Both the position numbers and the translations under genes were made by a program. Under the pieces are notes generated by a model. The model was not told the DNA's origin. It was given only the letters and a program-made list of their open reading frames with translations, and made no database searches. 64,000 nucleotides of DNA from Psammoneis japonica (Eukaryota): contig QPGO01000022.1 in the NCBI GenBank assembly GCA_008632985.1, positions 186,001 through 250,000 on the forward strand, given 5' to 3'. How positions within the stretch are numbered: the stretch's first letter is position 1; every line of letters starts with the position of its first letter. Below, one piece after another: positions 48,964-57,886 of the stretch.

Positions 48964-49284
48964 TGTTGGAATCATGTCTGGAAGATGGTGGGAAACACAA
49001 GAGACCCAGATGCACTGAAAAAAGACATTGGCCATTGCTCTTGATGTGGAAGATGCAGCGACTCTTTGTGGTTGAAGTTGCATTGTCACTGATCTCTCCC
49101 ATCTCTTTGTCTGCCTCACTCTTTGGAGTGAATCATTTGGTTTGTCATGATTGTGCAATTCTGTGTTGTTGGTGCCACTGGGGGTCCATTGCACCACAAG
49201 TTTGAAGCTTGCATGGACAACTTCCAGGCAACCCACAGCCACTGCAAGTGGCCAAGGCAAGCACAACGAGTGGCACAGGAAGCC
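48964..49284 (+). repeat. 3' LTR-like direct repeat (partner 42458-42776)
   Basis: Follows a PPT-like motif, starts TGTTGG and aligns with 42458-42776. Confidence 0.8.
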
Positions 49285-51914
49285 CTCTGGTGACATTTTA
49301 ACTCTTTGTTTGCCAGAACGGATTAGAATGGGTTTTTTCACATGGCGTGCGGATGCACACAATTTTTCACGACATGCACCCACCACACACCACAATGGTG
49401 GTGACGCCAATGGCCGCAACAATGCAGCTGCACTCACCGTTGTTGCAGAACCACCATGGTGGTTGATGTCCTCCAATTTCCAACAGTGTTTTTGATTTCA
49501 ATGTCGTGGTTGCTGTCATTGCCAATTTTTCCTCTGCAACAATTTGACTGTGTTCACATGCGGCTGCTGTTGTTGCCGCTGTCTGAGACATTGCAGCCGT
49601 GAGTGTGCCTTGAATTGCAGAAGGGGGGCAAAAGAGATGCAGGTGAGCTTTTTTTTCAGCATCAAAGCAAGTTGCATTGCTGTCTCTTGCATTGTTGTTT
49701 GTCACTCAATGCATTTGAAGCAATGCCTTGGCATTGCGTGCCAACAAACATTGTCTGTCTTTTCATTGTTTGCTTGTTGCATCAGAATTTTTTCAGAGCA
49801 CACCGTTGATGCCATGGCAGCATCACAGCATTGCCTTTTTCTCTGATTGATGCTTTGGTGTGGATGCCAAAGGAATGGCGAGGGTGCACACAGAGCAGCC
49901 AGCCACAGCATCCTCAGTTGCAGCAGCGGCTGAGCAGAGTGTCAGCAAAAGGGTTTTGTGCTGTCTCTAAGAGTCCACAGCTTGAGATGAAATCAGGCAA
50001 GTTGCCTTTTTTGTTCTTGACAAACTGTCAATCACCCACCCACAAAATGTGACAAAACACAGAAGAAGAGAAGAAATCAGAGTGCATGCTGCGGTTTGCC
50101 AAAAAGAAATGCGTGGGCGGGATGCACGCGTCATCACTGACACAACTGTGGTGCGCAGGGACTTCGACTCACCTCCACAACTTGCTGTCATCTTCCCAAT
50201 GCCTTTAAATTTGTGAGTGACAAAAACAATTGTCAGCATTGATGAAAAAGCCAGCACTCTTGCGCACCTGAATGTCCCATCGACGGCACTTGGCCGTCAA
50301 ATTGTCAAGCCCCCAGCAGGATTGCCTGCAAGAATGCGTCGACAGGATGAACAGCACATTGGCAAACAAACATGACGCGCCAATGCACCAAGCAGCTTCC
50401 ATGCCGTAGATTTGCTTGAACTTAAGCAGGCATTTGAACACGGTGTTCCAAATGCAGAAACCACTCAAAGCCAAGCAAATCTAGGTTCGCCTCACGGTCA
50501 GACAACAGATTCTTTCTGGGGCCCTGCGTTTCTTGTCGCATTGCTGGGTCTTTGCCAATTCTCTGCATTCACAAAAGGAGCACGTTGTGTGACTGCCAGA
50601 ATCTGTTGTGGGATGTCCTGATGAGGCATGAGCCTCATGTTTTGTGGAGAGTGCAAGGCAACTCGTCGGTTGCTCATAGTCTGAAGACAACTGTTCCCTG
50701 CTGAAAAGCCAAAACAAGTGCCACGACAAGCAATGTCAGCTGAGGGAATGTGCAATGCAAAAAAAGACATCCCGACACAACAGAGCAACAGTTCTGTGCT
50801 GCACTCTAACCCATTTGTTTAACATCCCACCAGATTCCACCAGTGGGACATTGAAAATGACAGCACCATTTCTGTTGACATTGGTCCTCTGTTGCAATGC
50901 ATGAAAGCTGATGCGAGCCGGTGAGAAACCACAATCAAAAGCAAAACAAGAAACCTGTCCAAGCTGTCACAGTGCACCTTGCCACATTAAAAATCACACC
51001 ATGTGGTGCACAGAGACATGCTTGCTGTCATCCACGTCCATCATGCTCACACCACAAACGACCGTGGTTGCGCACTGAAAAGCATGAAAAAGCAGCATGA
51101 CAAGTGAGGGTTAGCTGAGGGATCATGGCACATGAAAAATGACACTCCAATGCAACAAAACAATGCTGTTGTGTTTTGTGCTTGCACAGTCATTTGACAC
51201 TCCACCAGATTCTGTCCTGCGGATGACGAAAACGACAAACCGATTCTGTTGCTGACAGTCGGTCACACTGTTGCGATGCAAGAAATGCCGCTGCAACAGC
51301 AGGTGAGTGAAGAAGTGAAAAAACAATGCCAACACAACAACAAATCAAACCAAGCTGTCATGTGACACCTTGCTGTGTTGATGATCACCCCGCATGGCAT
51401 GGGGGTGCCATCCATTGCAATGACAATGGCAACACCCCATTTGTTGTGTTGTTGATGGTGGTGATGTTTCGCCGCACGCCAAAAAAAAATCGCACGCGTG
51501 TCGCTGTGGCAAAGAAAGAGTTAACTTGCCAGCTCAACAGTCATCTGTCACTGTGTGGATGCACACAGCAAATGCAGCCTTGTTGACAGACATGTTCCAG
51601 CTCTGCTGTCCATTTGGCAAAACAGCTTCCAAGCTGAAAACAGCAGCGCCATCTGTCTCACAGCTGCCTGCAGTTCTTGGGCACTGAAGCTTCATCAGCC
51701 CATGCACCTGAGAGAGTGACTTGCACAGATGGTCCAGGAGGAGGCAGCACTGGCCCCATTCATTGTGTGGTCATCAGGAGATGGAAAGAACTGTCTCAGC
51801 AGAATTCATGCAGACACCATCATTTTGCTTGGGAGACTCAAAAAGTTTGTTGTTGAATGTTTTAGCAGGAAAACAGCTGGGGTGCATTCCAGCCCCAGGC
51901 AGAAGGGCTCCATG

Positions 51915-52795
51915 TGACATTGAGCTGACAAAGTTGCATGTTGGTGAACAAGCCAACAATTGACAACAGAAAAAGAGGCAATTTTGCAGCTGAACAGGCT
52001 TGCCCATGCTCAAAGTGTGTTGTTTGTGATTTGCCTGGGTGTGCTCTGCAGACATTGAAAAATGTGCCCAACACCAAAGCCCTTTTTGTTCTCATGAATG
52101 GGTGTGACAAAATGCCTTGCTGGCTTTGCAAGGAACAAAAACAGCTTTTCTGCAAAAGAGCAACCACAGAAATGCACACAACACAGAGTGCTTGGTGTGC
52201 AATCTAAAAATGTTCATGTCACACAGTCTCCAGCAGTGCAAAACCCCACCCAGAGCTGGAGCTGGAGTGCGTGTTGCTTGTGTGTCCCACAAACAATTGA
52301 TCTTTAGAAAGGATGTGGAAGACTCAATCTTTTGATGATGAGAGTTGGCTCTCACTCAACCAAGTGTGAAATTTTGTCCTGGAAATGATTGTGCATGACA
52401 AGCTTTCCTCACATGATGGGTGGCAAAAAAAGCAAGCAGCTGTTGCCAAATGGGTGGCAGGCAAGACCTCAGTCACACTGGCTGCTTTGTTGTGACATGA
52501 ATGTTTTTGACAATGTGCTTGTGCACACACACACCCATGTGCACTCTTTTGTGAAATTGTTCCATGCTCCCTGTTTTGTGAAGCCAAAGGCTTTTTAGCA
52601 CCACCATTTGCAAAAACACAAATGGGCTGTGGGTGCATTCTTTGGTGTCTTCAGAGTGTGCCTGGGCAAATCAGCAAAGGCATGCTTCAAGCATGGGTGA
52701 GCCCACTTTGTCACATGGCTGCTTCTTTTCTTCTGTTGGTGATCATCGCCCCATTTGCCACCTTTGACAACTTGGCTGTGGGAGCTCATGTGCGC
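51915..52795. repeat. Diverged inverted repeat, arms about 51915-52240 and 52470-52795
   Basis: The reverse complement of 51963-52072 (..cagagcacacccaggcaaatca..ctttgagcatgggcaagcc..) aligns with 52630-52738 (..cagagtgtgcctgggcaaatca..cttcaagcatgggtgagcc..). Confidence 0.75.
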
Positions 52796-53970
52796 TGTGC
52801 TCGAAGAACGAGTGCAAACAAAAGTGGAGCAAATCACAAAAAGTGGAAAATTGTGAGGTTGAATTTTGTTCTTTGATTTCTTTGGGTTTCTCTGAAGGAG
52901 CTCTCAATGGCCTGGACTGTTTGCGCTGCTTTTGCAGACAACAAAAGGCCTCATGGAGAATCGTCTCATCATGAAAACAGATTTGGTCTGGGTGTGGTTG
53001 GTGTTGACATCTCATGTGTCAAAACATTGTCTGCCGCCAATTGTGTTTGCAATTTTTGACATCTGATCAAATCTGTGTGACCAATGCATCCACAATTGTG
53101 GCATGATTAACACACACAATGACGTGCAACTGTGAATGTGCACATTGCTTTCTTTTCTGTGCGCGACAACGCACGCTGCACATGTGCAGACTTCTGTGGG
53201 CACCCAGTGCTGGCCCCGTGCACAGCTCCACCTGCTGCAGCTGGAGGCAGCGCATCACCAGCACTGAGAAGAAGAAACACATCATCAAGAGCCAGCATCA
53301 CCACGGCCAGTGTCAAGAAATGCACACACACGACTGATGACGACCCTCAGCCAAAGAAACAAGCAAAAGAGGAAGAGGGCTGAGAGGAGGAAGGAGCAAG
53401 GCTGACAGAGTTGTGGAATTTTTGAAAGTCAACCAAAGAAAGTCAAAACATCTGAAAAAAAGCTGAGGAGGGCAGTGATTGATTTGGTGAGTTGTGTGGT
53501 TGGCCCTCCCTGCTTTGCTGGGCTCGCCCATGTGGCGGCCACACAGCCACCCACCATCCCCTGCTGGAAGAGCGGCGCTGTTGCGCCTGGTCAACATTCT
53601 GCTTTAAAAAGGAGAAGAACATTGCCATGGTGGAGGAAACAAAATTTGCCAAGGCCAGCAGGAAAGCCAAGTGTTTGAAGTGGCAGCGCTGCGCAGCCAC
53701 AGAAAAGTGCTTGGTGCCAGATGGCAGCCAAGACAAGAGTTGGCCCACTTTCCACTTGGGTCATTCTTCATGAAAAGCACTGGGTCTCTAACAAAGAGCT
53801 TGCAGCTGGTGGCAAAGAGAAAATGAGTGTGTGGCACCACTTGTGAGGTCCCTTGCTGACAGCCTTGAAATCCTCAGTTGCGACCTTGCGCTGGAAAAGC
53901 AGCCAGTCAAAGACTGTCTGACAAATGTTTTCAGAGAATCAACAATTACTTGACCATCGAGAGGTATCCG

Positions 53971-54043
53971 AGGGGTTTAGCTCAGTTGGTAGAGCGCGTG
54001 CTTAGCATGCACGAGGTCGGGTGTTCGAATCATCCAATCTCCA
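53971..54043 (+). tRNA. tRNA-Ala (anticodon AGC)
   Basis: D arm GCTCagttggtaGAGC, anticodon arm CGTGC-ttAGCat-GCACG, T arm GGGTG-ttcgaat-CATCC, acceptor 3' AATCTCC-A with G3:U70. The first pair is mismatched, possibly from a lost G in the homopolymer. Confidence 0.93.
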
Positions 54044-54045
54044 GC

Positions 54046-54050
54046 TTTTT
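54046..54050 (+). terminator. RNA polymerase III terminator (T5) of tRNA-Ala
   Basis: TTTTT begins three bases after the discriminator base. Confidence 0.7.
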
Positions 54051-54544
54051 GGTGTGGCATTTCCACTCAAAATTTTGGCAATTGCGACTGTCGCGCTTTA
54101 CTTGAAGCTGCTGCGCATGCATGTATTGTAGTGCTGTGCTCATTTTTTATTCCTTTCATTTGCGACACGATTCCTACGTCCTTCATTATTTTTCGTCAAT
54201 GCTCTCTCACACACCGGTACATACTCCTTACCTTTGCCTTCCTTCTGACTACAGTATGTATGTGGCAAGCGCGATTGTCGCGCAGATTCTCACGGGCCGT
54301 GCGGTTGGTTTCAGGCGTCTGTGCTTTGCGCTTCAGGTAGCGCGGTAGCGGTGCGGCGCGGTACAGTATCCCATACAGTGTAGACTACCGGTAGGCAGTG
54401 CGTGTACTGTACTCTAATCTCTTCTCTCTAGAGTAGTAGGGCCTACGGTACTCTCTAGAGAGTAGAGAGAGTAGAGGGTAGTACTCTCGCTCTGCAGAAC
54501 ATAGAGTAGGTAGATAGATAGATCGCGTGAGTATCCAGTATGAA

Positions 54545-54723
54545 TAGTAGTCGCTTGCTTACTCTTGTTGTGGCACAGTAGACTACTAGAGTAAGAGTGT
54601 GAAAGCAACAACATATCTTTCAAGGACATGTATCATTCAGTTAGCTGGTATGTAGTAGTCGCTTGCTTGCTTTTGTTGCGGCGCAGTAAGATAGTGAAAG
54701 CACGACATATGTATCAAGGACAT
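54545..54723 (+). repeat. Short direct repeat pair (54545-54629 and 54653-54723)
   Basis: tagtagtcgcttgctt.ct.ttgttg.ggc.cagta...gtgaaagca..acatat.t.tcaaggacat occurs twice. Confidence 0.85.
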
Positions 54724-54872
54724 TCCCATCACGCTGAAAAGGAAATTATTGTTCAACGGCGTTCATTTTTTTCATTGTTAGGTGTCAGATAACCTGACAC
54801 TTCAAGCCCACATCGATTTACTACAAATTGCTTCTTTTTCTACACGTATTTATGTTTTGATCCCTCACAAGT

Positions 54873-57290
54873 TCACACTCTGAATGAAACTTGCATAGTG
54901 TTCCCATCTGTCTCGCCCGGACTCTTTCGTAAACTAGATCTTCTACCTCCTGGTGGAGGAGAATACGGCAATGGAGTGGAATGGTCGTGAATCTGCGGAG
55001 GGAGGAAGCGCAGTTATCGTTAGACGGTACAGGCCAAAGATGCACGTCGAAATCACGGATCTCACATATTATTACGTACCGGGCATCCAGCGCATAAACA
55101 ATTAGGTCCACAGTTGCATTCTCCACCGGTCATCATAGCACAGCCCTGCGTATCACAACGAGAAGAGAACATGTAAGCAGGGTAGCAAAAGGAACATCAA
55201 TTATCGACCTCATACTCACCGCAGCAATGCCATCTTTCTCAACGTCTTGAAGAGGCGCTGCTCCCTTTCCCGGATTCACTCCATTGTTAATATGGGCACT
55301 GTGGTCGACAGTGACGTCGAAGTCTTCCATATTCTCCCAGTCGATCGACAGAGCAGACAAACCCGACATTGCGCGTCCAAATGTTGTCTCTGAGTTGATA
55401 GACATGTGTCGTCCATAGTTCTGACCATGAGAGAGAATCGAGGAGCTCCGTAGTCCCGACATTCTCGTCGTTGCCGCCAAGGCCTCCGCTTCAACAATAG
55501 AAGGGCTTCTTTGGGCAATTGGAAAACCATCTGATCGTTGGTTACTACTACCCTGGAGCGCATCAGTCGGCCCTGGGGGGCAACAACTCCCCGCAGCAGC
55601 AGTCTGCGGCATCTGGTATTGTGTCACACCCTCCATTGGGGCTTGCATTGAAGTGGATTGGCGCAGCTGGGCTTGCTGATCCTTACAATGTTCCGAACAA
55701 TTCTTGCAACGACAGTCAGGGCCACAAGTGCAAGGCATGCCATACTTCTGTCCGCAACCTGCCATGTACTCCGTTACTTGTCGTTCGCGTTCCTCGAACG
55801 CATCAAAAATGCGAGTGTTCATTTGTGAATGCCTATGATTAGCAAAGAGCAATGCATCAAAATAAAAATTAGGAAAGCCAGTGAACAGCGAAACCTGTAC
55901 TCGCATTGTTAGCGTACCTTGCGCAATCTTCTCTCAGAATTCCATTGTCCGGACAGGTGCAAGGAATAGTCCAGTCGAACACATCTTTTCGATCAGTATT
56001 GGCAACCACGTCGAAGGCGGTACTGAGCCTTCCCAAATCCATGGTCGCCTTTTTGTCTCCGCCAGCATTCACAATGCTCATCTCTTTCGTCTTGGCCGTG
56101 TACCCAACCATGGCTAAATTCCTCGCGGATTCAAAGGCAATCCTCTTGGCATTACCACTTTGGTCGATCTTGATCAAAACGCTAGACATTTCGCGGTCGG
56201 CAGCGGCATCAAGCAGGCCTTCAATCGGTGACTTGTTACCATTGCAGCCTCGGAGGACAGTCTCGACAATTTTCACGCAATGAGCACACGTGATTCCATC
56301 AATAGTCATCGCGATCTGGATATCACCATTTTCGCTGACAAAAACAACGGGCGTCGTGTTGGGGTCGCCGTAACTGGGGACTGTCTGCGGGATGACGGCT
56401 CCCGAAGCAACACCAGGCGCTGTCCCGCGATGAGCCAGCTGTGTAGCGTGGTAATTGACTTTGTCAACAATACCTGGAAGATCAACTTTTCCCGGAACGC
56501 ACTTGCCCTGAATGTTGATAAGCGGCAGGGCATTAATGTCAGAACCGAGGTCTGAGCTAATTCCGCCAGAATCCGCAAGCTGGCGACGTTGAGCGGCGTG
56601 CAATCGTTCCAGAGGCCCCAAGTTTGCTTCCTCTGTCGCAGCACCTGCAACCGTGGTGGCGGGAAGGTTGAGCCCGTGGTCCACCGCTTGAGTGTTTGAA
56701 AGTGCAGCGAGTTTTTCTTGCTCCTCGTCTCTCACTCGTTTCTTCTTTCTTTTGTTTCGTGCCTTCTCGAGATCCCTCATTTTTGTAAAGAGCGTACGTG
56801 GTGGCTGCTCCTTATCATTGACAACAAGACAGTGTGCCAAGTTGAAAAAGTGGCGAGTGTAACCTTCAACGACACCTCTCATCTTGTCCGTCCCAAGTGC
56901 CGCGATAGCAGAGCCACTCTCGCCTTTGCGGCGATGCTGCCACCAAGTGCGAAGAGTTGTAAGACCTAACTGAATCGCATCGTGATCAGCGTCCGGCCCC
57001 AACCACGGGCTTAGAATGGCCTGTACGTAGGGGTGAGCTAGACCAGAGCGGGGCAGCGGTTCATAGGCATACAGCCTGATTCTGGTACCATCGCCGCTCG
57101 GAGAAGGAGCTTCGGGACTAGCCCCCTTGAGACGCGGATCGTGCTCGAGCGGATGAGTCAAAGGATCTAGCTCTGTCACGGGTTTACTTTCAAGTTCAGA
57201 CGGTTCTAACCCGCCAAGGTGCGACCATGCACGGAATGCCCCTTCAAAAATAGAAGTGCGGTGTTCAAACTCTCCCCGACGCCGCGACAT
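54873..57290 (-). CDS. HMA-domain protein with two CxCx3CxCx2Cx2H motifs; introns 55833-55917, 55146-55219 and 54993-55079
   Basis: HMA IDGITCAHCVKIVE. Three GT-AG introns keep the frame and give CTCGPDCRCKNCSEH and CNCGPNCLCAGCPIH, with a stop at 54873-54875. NLS-like RNKRKKKRVR. Confidence 0.8.
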
Positions 57291-57886
57291 GGTGTATTTC
57301 TGGTAACAAAAGTGCTTTTACGTGGAGATGAGTACTGGATCTACGTAGCGCTGCGGGAATTCACTCCAACACACCGCAAAAAGCTTTTACAGTCTCTAAA
57401 CACCTTTTTCAGCTTGGAGGTATTTGCAATCACTAAAGAAGAAGAGTAGAGCCACTGGAGAAGAGAAGATGGCAATGGCTGCTTCGCGGAGAATGCTCAA
57501 GAAGTGTTGAAGCTGCAAACAACACGATGCGCGAACGAACATGATCGATGATTGATTCCAAATTTCCAAAATTCCGCAGAATTTCCCTTCCTTTTTTAGG
57601 GCCGTATGTACTTTTGATACACGTAGAAAATATTTTTCTTGTTTGACATATTATATACAGTGAATATTTTCATTCATTAATACAGTATTCATAATCTAAT
57701 ACTAATAACATATTTAAATATGATTCACATTCACATTATTGTTATTCGAAAATTAATGAAAGATACTGTACATGTGAATATAATTTGTATATAATTTATT
57801 TTCATGCTTTTATTAAATAATAAAACTTGACATGGCTTTGTTTTCCGCGGACCGAAACAAAAAGAACGAGAGACGATGATGCGACG

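Larger units (their letters stand above)
42458..49284 (+). mobile_element. Decayed Ty1/Copia (diatom CoDi-like) LTR retrotransposon
   Basis: Gag (DECPKTLE), zinc knuckle CRCCGKLSHKSPNC (~43587), protease ILDNGS (~43913), RT blocks KEMKQLHDRVCF, NGKPTREW, FHVDNL and HDHLGM, RNase H blocks VDASF..HLDFKSHT, QKLNTQSSTEAELV and QDNNST. Order is Copia-type. PPT-like caggagtg precedes TGTTGG at 48964. Confidence 0.9.
40800..53930. other. About 13-kb block of decayed repeats almost free of TpA and CpG
   Basis: Hand count for 41041-47520: about 23 TpA and about 20 CpG in 6.5 kb, with strong TG/CA excess. Contains a Copia element and unidentified decayed sequence on both sides. Confidence 0.9.

Noticed and set aside
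42453..49224. Target-site duplication for the Copia element
   Set aside because: The flanks (ttcat versus acttc) do not match and the element end is ambiguous.
40800..53930. Dense overlapping Cys/His-rich ORFs in all six frames as metal-binding genes
   Set aside because: Loss of TpA removes TAA and TAG stops and TG/CA excess inflates Cys, His, Gln and Met, so these ORFs are compositional artefacts.
40800..53930. Fungal-type RIP as the cause of the decay
   Set aside because: RIP depletes CpA/TpG and enriches TpA, the reverse of what is seen.
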